Origin: Pristiophorus japonicus
Lineage: Eukaryota
NCBI RefSeq assembly: GCF_044704955.1
Contig: NC_091994.1
Location: forward strand, 95,108,001-95,172,000
Length of the DNA stretch: 64,000 bases
Reading direction: 5' to 3'
Every line of letters starts with the position of its first letter. The stretch's first letter is position 1. Below, piece by piece: positions 21,601 to 31,605 of this stretch. The position numbers and the translations under genes are program-made. The notes below the pieces were generated by a model that saw nothing but the letters and a program-made list of their open reading frames with translations, had not been told where the DNA came from and did not search any database.

Positions 21601-23046
21601 TACTCTGGCCCTGGGATACTCCGCCCCGGGGCTCTGGGTTACTTTGCCCCTGGGATACTCCATCCTGGAGCCCTGAGTTACTCCAGCCCTTGGATACTCC
21701 GCCCGGGGCTCTGGATTACTCCAGCCCTGGGATACTCCGCCCCAGAGCCCTGGTTTACTCCGGGCCCTGGTTTACTCCGGCACTGGTTGACTACAGCCCT
21801 GGGATACTCCATCCTGGAGCCCTGAGTTACTCCAGCCCTTGGATACTCCGCCCTGCGCCCTGGTTTACTCCAGCCCTGGGATACTCTGCCCCGGAGCCCT
21901 GGGATACTCTGGGTCCTGGGTTACTCTGGCCCTGGTTTACTCTAGCCCTTGGATACTCCGCCCCGGGGCTCTGTGTTACTCTGGCCCTGGGCCCTGGGTT
22001 AATTCACCCCCTGGGCACCGTCGTGTGGAATCTCAGCTCCCACAGCTCTCTCTCAGGCCAGTTATCTGTCTCTAGGAGGAAGCAGCCAAGCAGCTGGTCC
22101 GTGAGGCCATCATATCCGGAATATTCTGTGACCTTGGCTCCGGGAGTAACGTTGACCTCTGCGTCATCACCAAAAACAAGACAGAGTTTCTCCGCGCCTT
22201 CGACATGCCCAACAAGAAGGGCACAAAGTAAGTACCCAGCTCCCAGGAGCATTCATCGGGAGAACAGGGACCAATCTGGGGCCATTGTGGGGGCAAATCT
22301 CTATAAACAGAGGCATAGAGTACTGAAGTAAGGAAGTTATACTGAACCTTTATAAAACACTGGTTAGACCTCAGCTGGAGTATTGTGTCCAATTCTGGAC
22401 ACCACACTTTAGGAATGATGTCACGGTCTTAGCGAGGGTGCAGCAATGATTTACAAGAATGGTACCAGGGATGGGTGGCTGCAGTTATGTGGAGAAGCTG
22501 GGGTTGTTGGCCTGAGAACACAGATGGTTAAGAGGAGATTTAATTGAGGTGTTGTGACGTTATTTAAAATGATGAAGGGTTTTGCTAGAGTAAATAGAGA
22601 GGGTCGATAACCAGAGGACACCGAGTTAAATAATTGGTAAAAGAATCAGGGGACGATGAGAATTATTTTCACGCAGCGAGTTGTTGCGATCTGGATCTGA
22701 CAGGAAGCAGATAAATAGTAACTTTCAAAAGGGAACTGAATAAATTCTCGAAGGGGATAAATGTGCAGGATGAGAGGAATGGGACTATCAGATCGCTCTT
22801 TCAAAGAGCTGCACAGGCTCGATGGGCCGAATGGTCTCCCTCTGTGCTGCCTCATTCAATGACCCCCACCCTCACACTGCCATTCACCCCACCCCCCCAT
22901 GTGTCCTGTTAATTTCCGCTGTCGTTTCCTGCAGGGAGGGTGTGTATCACTACAAGAAGGGCACCACTGCTGTGCTGACAGAGACGGTCACTCCGTTAGA
23001 AATTGAGCTGGTGGATGAGGTTGTGCAGAGGATGGACACTGAGTAA
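7385..23046 (+). CDS. PSMB10: Proteasome subunit beta-2i (PSMB10/MECL-1-like), join(7385..7449,9864..9957,10268..10365,12902..13042,14205..14320,15466..15524,22076..22227,22935..23046), 278 aa
   Basis: Eight GT-AG exons in consistent phase give an uninterrupted frame. The 44-aa propeptide ends in RKTG, followed by mature [21 protein letters not shown] with Thr1/Asp17/Lys33 intact. [18 protein letters not shown] and LEDRF plus the upstream IRF element favour PSMB10 over PSMB7. Confidence 0.85.
7861..9039. mobile_element. PIF/Harbinger-like MITE with a nested CR1 3' fragment (8133-8660)
   Basis: Imperfect TIRs GGAGCTGAAATTGCCTCC / GGGGGCAATGTTGGCTCC, TGA duplicated on both sides. The nested part encodes [20 protein letters not shown]. 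Confidence 0.65.
9331..9772 (-). mobile_element. Deu-domain SINE, near full length
   Basis: tRNA-like head with A and B boxes (on -), Deu core, L2-like tail. Confidence 0.8.
9864..9957 (+). CDS. PSMB10: PSMB10 exon 2 (catalytic Thr1 codon at 9931)
   Basis: [31 protein letters not shown]; CAG acceptor, GTAACT donor. Confidence 0.93.
10268..10365 (+). CDS. PSMB10: PSMB10 exon 3
   Basis: [32 protein letters not shown]; donor GTAAGT. Confidence 0.93.
10683..12258 (+). mobile_element. 5'-truncated CR1 LINE (RT region, frameshifted)
   Basis: [20 protein letters not shown] and KFADDTK motifs; TTCTATG tail; possible TTCGCT target-site duplication. Confidence 0.92.
12261..12899. repeat. ~30-bp minisatellite (CTCTCCCTGTGATATTAACCCCTCACACA), about 21 units, with further units at 10585-10682
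   Basis: Direct inspection. Confidence 0.92.
12902..13042 (+). CDS. PSMB10: PSMB10 exon 4
   Basis: [46 protein letters not shown]. Confidence 0.93.
14205..14320 (+). CDS. PSMB10: PSMB10 exon 5
   Basis: [38 protein letters not shown]. Confidence 0.93.
14670..15162. mobile_element. Second copy of the hAT-like element with a C-rich tract; short CR1 tail nested at about 15015-15092
   Basis: GGTTTCATCACATGACCTCCG and GATTCTTGACTGTCGGTCAA shared with 250-1027; ends GAGTTGACCCTA. Confidence 0.5.
15466..15524 (+). CDS. PSMB10: PSMB10 exon 6
   Basis: [20 protein letters not shown]; donor GTAAGT. Confidence 0.93.
15643..15688. repeat. (CT)n microsatellite
   Basis: Perfect dinucleotide run. Confidence 0.95.
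15948..20654 (-). mobile_element. Composite CR1: disrupted ORF2 (EN+RT) plus 3' part of esterase ORF1, with a second CR1 3' end nested at 18323-19142
   Basis: [25 protein letters not shown] and KFADD motifs; ORF1 VHIGTND and DGLHL; two separate CR1 3' tails at 15948 and 18323. Confidence 0.92.
20646..21450. repeat. 22/23-bp GC-rich minisatellite (CCCCGGCACCCTCACCCCGCCCT), over 30 units
   Basis: Direct inspection; G-quadruplex-like on the - strand. Confidence 0.95.
21590..22000. repeat. Degenerate tandem repeat (TACTC...CCCTGG modules, ~17-21 bp)
   Basis: Recurrent TACTCC/CCCTGG. Confidence 0.85.
22076..22227 (+). CDS. PSMB10: PSMB10 exon 7
   Basis: [50 protein letters not shown]. Confidence 0.93.
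22305..22855 (+). mobile_element. Degraded CR1 3' fragment
   Basis: CTGGAGTATTGTGTCCAATTCTGG and a GATGGGCCGAATGG tail. Confidence 0.75.
22935..23046 (+). CDS. PSMB10: PSMB10 exon 8
   Basis: [36 protein letters not shown]. Confidence 0.93.
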
Positions 23047-23233
23047 CAAGAAGCACATCATCATCTCTCCAAGGTCCAGCAGGAGGATCGAGACAAGCAA
23101 TTCCTGTTCGAAACAAAAGGATTTTGTATCTGGCATTACATTCCTGCCATGTGATTGTAAACACATTGTTGCCTGATAGATTTTATCCTTAACACATTGT
23201 ATCCAGTACATGTATTGTGCAATTTAATCTCCA

Positions 23234-23239
23234 AATAAA
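23234..23239 (+). terminator. PSMB10 polyadenylation signal
   Basis: AATAAA about 190 nt after the stop codon. Confidence 0.65.
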
Positions 23240-23321
23240 GCAGGGGAAGGTGATGTGGATGTTAACATCTGTCTTATTTGGATCTGAGGAGGAGAACCAC
23301 ATGTTTGCAAAACATTCAGCT

Positions 23322-23447
23322 TTTATTCATCAACCAAAGCAGAGATACAACAATCTGAAATGCTTAATTAATCTTTAATAAGTGGTGATTTGCTTATTAA
23401 GTAGCGGAATATATTTACATACTTTCGGTCAGCGTCAGACGTTTATT
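23322..23447 (-). terminator. UTS2 candidate polyadenylation signals
   Basis: TTTATT on the + strand (AATAAA on -) at 23442-23447 and 23322-23327. Confidence 0.6.
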
Positions 23448-23504
23448 AAAAATTACCACGAGAGAAAAGAATGATCGTTTTGAAACCCGGGTGGGCGGCC
23501 GACT

Positions 23505-23621
23505 TCAAACACAGTATTTCCAAAAACAGTCTGAGAAGTTGTTACGTTTCTTGTATTGTTTTCTGCCCTTTCCAGTGAGGAGGCTGCTGGACCCCGGCTG
23601 TGCTTTCCTTCCATATAGAAT
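23505..23621 (-). CDS. UTS2: UTS2 coding exon 4 (mature peptide at 23543-23508)
   Basis: Acceptor CTCTCTGCAG; KKR-NNFSDCFWKYCV-TGA. Confidence 0.97.
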   Translation of the reverse strand: MLYGRKAQPGSSSLLTGKGRKQYKKRNNFSDCFWKYCV

Positions 23622-26600
23622 CTGCAGAGAGCATCAGAATAGAGACTGGTTGCCGAGGGTTCAAAGGATATTTTACATTTTCATTTTTACCGGCGCTTCT
23701 TACATTGTATTTCCCATCCCCACTGCAACCCTGCACCGAGCCCACCCAAATCCCTACACAACCCCACCTCTACCTGCACCCATCCCGGCCCCCAACAGGT
23801 GGCATTGTCTGGTGGGTACAGTTCCAAAGGTTCCAGACTCCCTGACTTACCTCACCCACATATCCATCCTTCATGGGTGAACTGAGACAGTAAATATAAG
23901 CAGGCTTTTCAACTGTGACCGCACTCCCTATCAAACTTCCTTCAAACAGGGCAGGTACAGCAATGGTTAAATACAGAGTAAAGCTCCCTCTACACTGTCC
24001 CTTCAAACACTCCCAGGGCAGGTACAGGTGAGGGACTGACGGACAGGTGTGCTGACTCTCTAAAAGCAATAGTGCCTCAGATTTCTCTCCCACGTTCTGA
24101 ACACTCACCTCTTTCAGGGTTCCGGATTGGTTGTCACTGATTTCCCTCAGACCTGTTGAGAAAGAAGGAAGATTCAGTTCAACTCCTGGACACAACAGAT
24201 GGACGAGATCCCACAGCTTCATCCTCAGAGCCCACAGCAGGTGATGGGATAAGTCTGAGGTATAAAGACAGAATCCACAGAGGGGAGCAGAGGATAAATC
24301 CTGTAAGTCTGGAATGCGAGGATGAAGCTTTCTTTGATGGGAGAAGATGGCAGTGCATCAAATCTCCAGGTCACATTGAATCCAATCCAGTACAGCATAG
24401 GTTAGATACAGAGTAACGCTCCCTCTACACTGTCCCATCAAACACTCCCAGGGCAGGTACAACACAGGTTGGATACAGAGTAAAGCTCCCTCTACACTGT
24501 CCCATCAAACACTCCCAGGGCAGGTACAGCACGGGTTAGATACAGAGTAAAGTTTCCTCTACACTGTCCCATCAAACACTCCCAGGGCAGGTACAGCACG
24601 GGTTAGATACAGAGTAAAGCTCCTCTACACTGTCCCATCAAACACTCCCAGGGCAGGTACAGCATGGGTTAGATACAGAGTAATGCTCCCTCTACACTGT
24701 CCCATCAAACACTCCCAGGGCAGGTACAGTACGGGTTAGATACAGAGTAAAGCTCCTCTACACTGTCCCATCAAACACTCCCAGGGCAGGTACAGCACGG
24801 GTTAGATACAGAGTAAAGTTTCCTCTACACTGTCCCATCAAACACTCCCAGGGCAGGTACAGCACGGGTTAGATACAGAGTAAAGCTCCCTCTACACTGT
24901 CCCAACCTCAGAAGATGAAGATCCTCTACTACACCATTGTGGCCATTTTTTCCATTTCCTGCACAAGCCATTCTGTAGCCACGTTGATTACCAACTAGTG
25001 GTGAAGCAGAGGCGGATCTTTTGCCACTGTTCAAACGCATATAATTTACAGTCGGCAGACATGGGAGATTAATTTATTCTGGCTCATTTCAAACCCAGAT
25101 CCCAGATTTGCAGTACTGATTCCCCACCACAAGGTGTCACCAGCATTCTTAGTAAACACCGAGTTAGCATTCGGTACACAAAACTTGCTAAAGACATCTG
25201 GAGGCCAGACATTGTAACTGCACCGTGTCAACCCTCCTTCAATTTGGCTATCTAAACTCGGTGAGAGTGGAAGTGGAGCTCGGTTATTGCAGCCCGCAAT
25301 CGGTGCACGGTACCATTATTATATTGTTCAGCGGCTTCTAGATCTCTGCTGGCATCATAGAGGCTGTCCTTGGCTATCACAGCAGGTGGGCTCCACAGAA
25401 GGAAGGTGTTGTCCAAGCTTTGCAAATCGTCCCGATTTAAGGATTGATTTTCCTCGCTGGACACTAGAAGGAAATTATTTGAGCATTAGAACATCGGAAG
25501 AGCAAAGGCCATTTAGCCCATCGTCCACTCCTTCCAGAGCCCACATCTGATTAATGTATCTGCGACTCCCACCCATCACCTGATAACCCTCTACTTTATG
25601 GAACACTTAAGTCCTTTCACCGACCTCACTGTAATATCTCACATTAAGGTCTCATCTTATATTACATCGCAGTTAATATTTTCTAAACCCCCAATCCCCT
25701 GCTCAACAAATATCAACCCAGTTCCAGGTTTCAACTGACCAAAAATCTGCTCTTTTCATTAGGTGTTGGTTCCTCAAGTCCATTGTCCAGTGGGAATTAT
25801 TATTCCTCTGATTTCCAACCTTGCGCAGATGATGTAGTAGAGTCAATGTACACAGACCTGTACCCCAGTGAGTGTTAGTATCTGTGGGACTGTACCCCAG
25901 GGAGAGTCAGTGTCTGTGGGACTGTACCCCAGGGAGAGTCAGTGTCTGTGGGACTGTACCCCAGTGTGAATCAGTTTCTGTGGGACTGTAGCCCAGTGAG
26001 AGTCAGTGTCTGTGGAACTGTACCCCCCGTGTGAATCAGTGTCTGTGGGACTGTACCCCAATGAGAGTCAGTGTCTGTGGGACTGTACCCCAGTGAGTGT
26101 CAGTGTTTATGGGACTGTACCCCATGTGAATCAGTTTCTGTGGTGGGGACTAAGGCAATGGCATTAGATTTCTCAATATTTAGTTGGAGCAAATTTCTGC
26201 TGATCCAGCGGTGGTGGTGAGGTAGAGCTGAGTATCGTCAGTGTACATGTGGAACCTGACGTCGTGTTTTCGGATGGTGTCGCTGAGGGGCAGCATGTAG
26301 ATGAGCAATAGGAGAGGCCAAGGATAGATCCTTGGGGGATGCTAAGGTTTATGGTGCAGGGTCGGGTAGAGAAGCCATTACAGGTGAATCTCTGTCTACA
26401 ACTGGTTGGATAGGAATGGAAATAGGCGAGGGCAATCTCACCCTGCTGGATGACGGAAGAGAGGCATTAGGGGAGGGTATTCTGGTCAACTGTGTCAAAG
26501 GCTGCCGGCCAGTCATGAAGGACGAGGAGGGATAGTTTACTATGGTCACACTCACATAGGGTGTCACTTGTGACTTGAACAACGTAGGGAAGAAATGGAA

Positions 26601-27839
26601 GAAAAAATTGCCATCTAAAATCAAAGCTGTTACTATTTCCACATGTAAATTGAGAACAAAAGACACACAAACAAATAACAAATAAAAAGAAACAGCCACC
26701 AAATGTGTGCTTCCAGCACTAGTACCTGAATCAGAGAGGCAGCCCCACTCTCACCATAAACTGGGTGAAATTTATACTGGATGTTAAATATTAATCTTCT
26801 CATCGCTCAGCATTCTGCTATAATACTGAAAGCTCAGGCTTTGAAACCACTGATCTGTATTTTTAGTTTAACACTAGTAATTACATTTGTTAGAAAGTAA
26901 ATTGATTTGTCATTTAATCTTGGCAACTAAACTCTGCCCCCAGCCCGAGAATAGTGGATGTAATTACAGTTCATCAAACAAACAGAAAAATAGAAATTTA
27001 AACCGAATGTGAGAGAGAAGGTTTAACTAAAACTGCATCACCTTCAGAACTAGATCCGAAACTCAACTTTGTACAGTCCAATCCCAAGCAACAAAACATT
27101 GATTCAAAGTTAAAACACACCCAAATCCATCCTATTCAGGAATCCTGTGCACATTAAAAGCACCAAAAACATGATTGTTTAATTTAATTATAAATTCCAG
27201 AGTTAATTAACTTTAACATTTTAATGTATAAACTTATACAAGAATAGTTATCATCTATAACACCTAATAATACAGAAATAAAATACAAAGAACTTCCATT
27301 TATATAGTGCCTTTCACAACCTCATAACGTCCCAAAACGTTTTGGAGCCAATGAAGTACTTTTGAAGTGTCATCACTGTTATAATGTAGGAAACGCGGGA
27401 GCAGGATCCTACAAACTGAAAATGACCAGATAATCTGTTTTAGTGATTTTGGTTAAGGGATAAATATTGGCCAGAACTCCCCTACTCTTTTTCTAATAGT
27501 GCTGCGGGATCTTTTACATCCACCTGAGAGGGCAGACGGGGCCTCGGTTTAATGTCTCATCTCAAAGACGGCACCTCCGACAGTGCAGCACTCCGTCAGT
27601 ACTGCACTGGAGTGTTTTTACATGGTACAGGTACTTCCTATTATATTGAGGTATGGAGATGAGTGAACGATGATGGTCACACTGGATAAGGTTCAGTGGA
27701 GGTTGTCCTCCTCACCCCACCTCCCCTCCTCCCGCTGTCCCCACTTACCTGCTCTGTACCAGGAGTCTGCAATGGGCAGAGCAAAGACATAGGATCCACT
27801 GAGAAGCAATGCACCAGCTACAAGCATCAAGGACATCAT
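23505..27839 (-). CDS. UTS2: Prepro-urotensin II, complement(join(23505..23621,24109..24152,25314..25463,27749..27839)), 133 aa
   Basis: Signal peptide MMSLMLVAGALLLSGSYVFALP. Intron phases 1,1,0 are consistent. The last exon reads ILYGRKAQPGSSSLLTGKGRKQYKKR-NNFSDCFWKYCV*, with the CFWKYC ring, an acidic residue before it and a KKR cleavage site. Confidence 0.93.
24109..24152 (-). CDS. UTS2: UTS2 coding exon 3 (44 nt)
   Basis: Acceptor TTCTTTCTCAACAG; GLREISDNQSGTLKE; donor GAG|GTGAGT. Confidence 0.85.
24388..24903. repeat. 67-bp satellite, about 7.7 units; ~1 further unit at 23945-24027
   Basis: CTCTACACTGTCCCATCAAACACTCCCAGGGCAGGTACAGCACGGGTTAGATACAGAGTAAAGCTCC. Confidence 0.95.
25314..25463 (-). 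CDS. UTS2: UTS2 coding exon 2
   Basis: Acceptor TTTCCTTCTAG; VSSEENQSLNRDDLQSLDNTFLLW...EQYNN. The donor ATG|GTACCG is weak but is the only phase-1 GT in the open stretch. Confidence 0.72.
25850..26150. repeat. 32-bp minisatellite, about 9 units
   Basis: TCTGTGGGACTGTACCCCAGGGAGAGTCAGTG. Confidence 0.92.
26160..26575 (-). mobile_element. L2 RT-domain fragment
   Basis: FHMYTDDTQLY (YADD box) and AAFDTVD remnants. Confidence 0.7.
27287..27615 (-). mobile_element. Deu-domain SINE, headless
   Basis: Same family as 9331-9772. Confidence 0.78.
27749..27839 (-). CDS. UTS2: UTS2 coding exon 1 (signal peptide)
   Basis: MMSLMLVAGALLLSGSYVFALPIADSWYRA; donor CAG|GTAAGT. Confidence 0.88.
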
Positions 27840-27924
27840 GATGGAAAGAGACTGAGATACAATGAGAGAGAGTGAGAGAGAGAGAGAGAGAGCAGAGGTG
27901 TATATCCAGCACTGAACACTTACC

Positions 27925-27932
27925 TATATATA
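27925..27932 (-). promoter_or_regulatory. Candidate UTS2 TATA box
   Basis: TATATATA about 90 nt upstream of the ATG on the - strand. Confidence 0.55.
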
Positions 27933-28409
27933 ACCCTGCAGCCCCCTCCCCCTCATAAAAAACATAGCACTATCAATAACATACCATTTTATTACCTTGA
28001 GTTGTTAAATCCAATCAGCGCTTCATTCTAACTCTTTTTCAAGGATAAAACAAGAAAGCAGATGGGACACAGATTTACTGCCCATCACCAAAGTCAAAAA
28101 TAATATACCCATCTAATTTACTTCTCTCCGTCCCGTCCCGGGTTGAAAGAGTTATTTATTATTCACAAACTCAGTGACGCAGATATATCCAACAGGTTTT
28201 GACATGATTTGTATTTATTATTGAATTAATTAATTGTTTCTTTTTAAACATTTTTTTGCAGATGTTACACTGAGAGTCTCTTAAAGAGTCCTCTCCCCCT
28301 CTGCTCTCCTTCCCATACGCTGCTCTCAATTGATCCAACAATTTTATAAAGCTCCACACCCCTCCCCCCATCTAATTCAATTCTTTTTCTTCATGTAAGA
28401 ATGCCAGTG

Positions 28410-29090
28410 TTTATCCTCCACATGAGCCTTCTACCACCCTATTCCATCTCATCGTACAAACATATCCTTCCATTCCTTTCACCCTCATGTACTTATCCAG
28501 CTTTCCATTAAATGCATCTGTGCTATTTGCCTCAACTACTCCCTGTGGTAGTGAATTCCACAATGTTACCACTCTCCTGCTAAAGAAGTTCCTCCTGAAT
28601 TCATTATTGGATTTCTTAGTGACTATCTTATATTTACGGCCCCCAGTTCTGGTCTCCCCCACAAATGAAAACATCTTCTCTACGTCTATCCTATCAAACC
28701 CTTCCTAATCTTAAAGACCTCTATTAGGGCATCCATCATCCTTCTCTTTTCTAGAGAAAGGAGCCCCAGGCTGTTCAGTCTTTCCTGATAGTTGTACCCT
28801 CTCATTTCTAGTATCATCCTTGTAAATCTTTTCTGCATACTCTTCAGTTCCTCAAAATCCTTTTTGTAATATGGAGACTAGAATTGTGTGCGGTACTCCA
28901 AGTGTGGTCCAACCAAGTTTCTAGATAAGTTTCTTATAGCTCTGCTTTTCAATCCTATTCCTTGAGAAATTAAACCCAGTGCATTTGTTAGTATTTTTGA
29001 TGGCCTTGTTAATCTGCGTTGCTACTTTTAATGATTTATGAATCTGTACCCCCAGATCCCTCTGTTCCCAACCCCATTTAGACTCTTGTT
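28410..29090 (-). mobile_element. Degraded CR1 3' fragment
   Basis: FRRNFFSRRVVTLWNSLP. Confidence 0.8.
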
Positions 29091-30419
29091 GTCCATTTCA
29101 GCACAGGCCAGGGATGAAACTGTTTGACTCAGTTCCACAATAAACTGCACTAGCCTGGGAACGCAATCCAGGTTATTGCCTACGTGTTTCTGTGCCATAA
29201 CTCAAATTCATTATATATTACAATCATTTAAAAAAAATTAAATTAAGATAAAACTAAAATATAGAGAGAATAAAGAAGTAAAGTAGGAAGGCCAATGGTC
29301 AGTAAAGTTTCATCTCTCCGACCTTTACATCTGCCTGCTTGGCTCTGTGTCCAATTACCTTTCGTATCTTTTTAATAAAATACAAAATAGATGCATCCAG
29401 CCACACCTGCGCCTGCATGTCTAAACTAATATTTCTGCTGTTATAAGGAGTAATAAATATGTAGCATTCATATGAATAAATGATTTTTAGATCGCGAGTC
29501 CTGTAATAAATATGCTAAAATGGAATCTATAAATGAAGTTGAAGGCAAATTGAGATAAAGGGTAAAAGGAACACAAAGTGACCTTTCGTTGGGCATCTAA
29601 ATCATGGGGCTGACAGCGATGGTGATGAATCTACGTGTTGTCACCAGAGGAAAAGAGAACTGACCCTTTCCCTGCCAACTGCTTCCATGGTTCCTGCCAG
29701 TTGGAAAGGGGCATCTGAACATGTTATTTTTGTGTCTCATCCCTTCATTTCCCTCGCCTCCTGAAGGCACTGGATTTTGATGGGGAGCAATTCCAAAGGT
29801 GCGGGAATGATTGGTAACCTCAGTCACAACTGTTTCTTCCTCACGTGTTTTTTTTCAATCATTCTCGGGATGTGGGCATCACTGGCAAGGCCAGCATTTA
29901 TTGTCTGTGCCTAGTCACCCTGTACAACTGGCTTGCTAGGCCCATTTCACTGGGCAGTTAAGAGGCAACCACCTTGGTCAATCTCTGGGTGCTAATCCAA
30001 TACCATAACTAGGAACAGTCTAGCATACTAGTTGTCAGCCATTCCTTTACTATGAGCCAGGTGTGTATCCACCCTGGGCTATACTGCAGATGATGCAGAG
30101 ATAGCCTACAATCCAAGCATGCATGGAGAACTTCCAAAGCACTTTGGTCCAAAGTAGTCCCCAGATAAAGGAACCTGGTTATGGCAACAGATTCCTGCCT
30201 GCCATCTCCTGACCATCCCGTCCTCAGCCGCCTATCCATGCCTTGGACCTCAATCCTCTGCCAAAGGATGGACCGGACTTCAGTTGCGATTGTGAATCAT
30301 CCGGGAAGATCACAGCCTGTCTCTGGTGGCCCCAACATACCACTCCCCCCACCCCAATCTAAAGTTGTATCTGGGTCTCCTGACTGCATTGCTGCAGATG
30401 TAATGTTGCGTCAACACAG

Positions 30420-30840
30420 ATAGTGTAATACACCAGTGCAGTTGTGGTGATGCATCAGCGCAGATAGTGTAATACACCAGTGCAGAAAGGGTGATGTGTC
30501 ACTGCAGTTGGGGTGATGCACCAGTGCAGAAAGGGTGATGCACCAGTGCAGTTGTGGTGATGCGCCAGTGCAGTTGGGGTGGTGCACCAGTGCAGAAATG
30601 GTGATGCACCAGTGCAGTTGTGGTGATGCATCAGTGCAGATAGTGTGATGCGCCAGTGTAGGAAGGGTGATGTGTCACTGCAGTTGGGGTGATGCACCAG
30701 TGCAGAAAGGGTGATGCGCCAGTGCATAAAGGGTGATGCGCTAGTGCAGTTGGGGTGATGAACCAGTGTGGTTGGGGTGATGCGCCAGTGCAGTTGGGGT
30801 GATGTGCCAGTACACAAAGGTGATGCGCCCGTGCAGTTGT
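30420..30840. repeat. ~22-23-bp mosaic minisatellite
   Basis: GTGATGCACCAGTGCAG followed by TTGGG/AAAGG/ATAGT variants. Confidence 0.9.
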
Positions 30841-31149
30841 GAGGCCCAGACAGAACACTGGAGGGTGGGACTTGCACCAGGGTCCGCAGCCCCCCCCAAA
30901 AGCATCAGCATACAGGAGCTGGGAGAGCGAGAACCAAGCTGCAATACGAACTGCTTTAATGGTTTCTGTTCTTCCTCACCCAGACGGTTTTCGCTTGGTT
31001 TACATTGACTGGCAAAGAATCATATAGAATAGTACAGTACAGAAACAGGCCAGTTGGCCCATCGAGTTTGTGCCAGCTTTTTCGAGGAACAAACAATTAG
31101 TCCCATTCCCTCGCTCTCCAATAGCCCTGCAATGCTTCCTCCGTCAAAA

Positions 31150-31605
31150 AGAAACCAAGGTTTATATAGCGCCTTTCATGATCTCAAGACATCCTAAAGC
31201 CCCTTACAGTCAATGAAGCACTTTTGAAGTGTAGACACTGTTGTAATATAGGAAACACGGCAGCTAATTTGCTCACAGCAAGATCCCACAAACAGCAATG
31301 TGATAATGACCCGATAATCTCTTTTAGTGATGCTGGTTGAGGGATAAAAATTGTCCAGCACATCACGGAGAAGTCCTCTGCTCTTCTTCGAAATAGTGCC
31401 ACGGGATCTTTTACACCCACCTGAGAGGGCAGATGGGATCTTTATTTAACACCTCATCTGAAAGGCAGCACCTCCAACAGTGTAGCACTCCCTCAGCACT
31501 GCACTGGTAGTGTCAACCTGGATTTTGTGCTCAAAATGCTGGAGTGGGACTTGAACCCACGACCTTCTGACTCAGAAGCAAGAATGCTACCCATGAGCTA
31601 CAGCT
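31150..31605 (-). mobile_element. Deu-domain SINE
   Basis: Same family as 9331-9772. Confidence 0.78.

Noticed and set aside
20406-22331. 641-aa proline-rich ORF, the longest in the track
   Set aside because: It is the translation of a stop-free 23-bp minisatellite and neighbouring repeats inside PSMB10 intron 6, and it crosses exon 7 out of frame
7385-23046. Calling the gene PSMB7
   Set aside because: Val48, [24 protein letters not shown] and the IRF element favour PSMB10; still needs a phylogeny
23505-23543. Calling the peptide URP/UTS2B because of the CCDC50-like neighbour
   Set aside because: The mature peptide is a 12-mer with Asp before the ring after KKR, which is UII-type, not ACFWKYCV
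24915-24998. Signal-peptide-like small ORF MKILYYTIVAIFSISCTSHSVATLITN antisense in UTS2 intron 2
   Set aside because: Stops after 27 codons with no convincing donor or promoter; probably chance
25252-25313. ORF-track extension GTVHRLRAAITELHFHSHRV of UTS2 exon 2
   Set aside because: Read-through into the intron; the spliced model gives the complete hormone precursor
24388-26150. Regular repeat arrays resembling CRISPR or a retrozyme
   Set aside because: Head-to-tail units without unique spacers, vertebrate context, no cas genes, and no CUGANGA/GAAA core in the 67-bp unit
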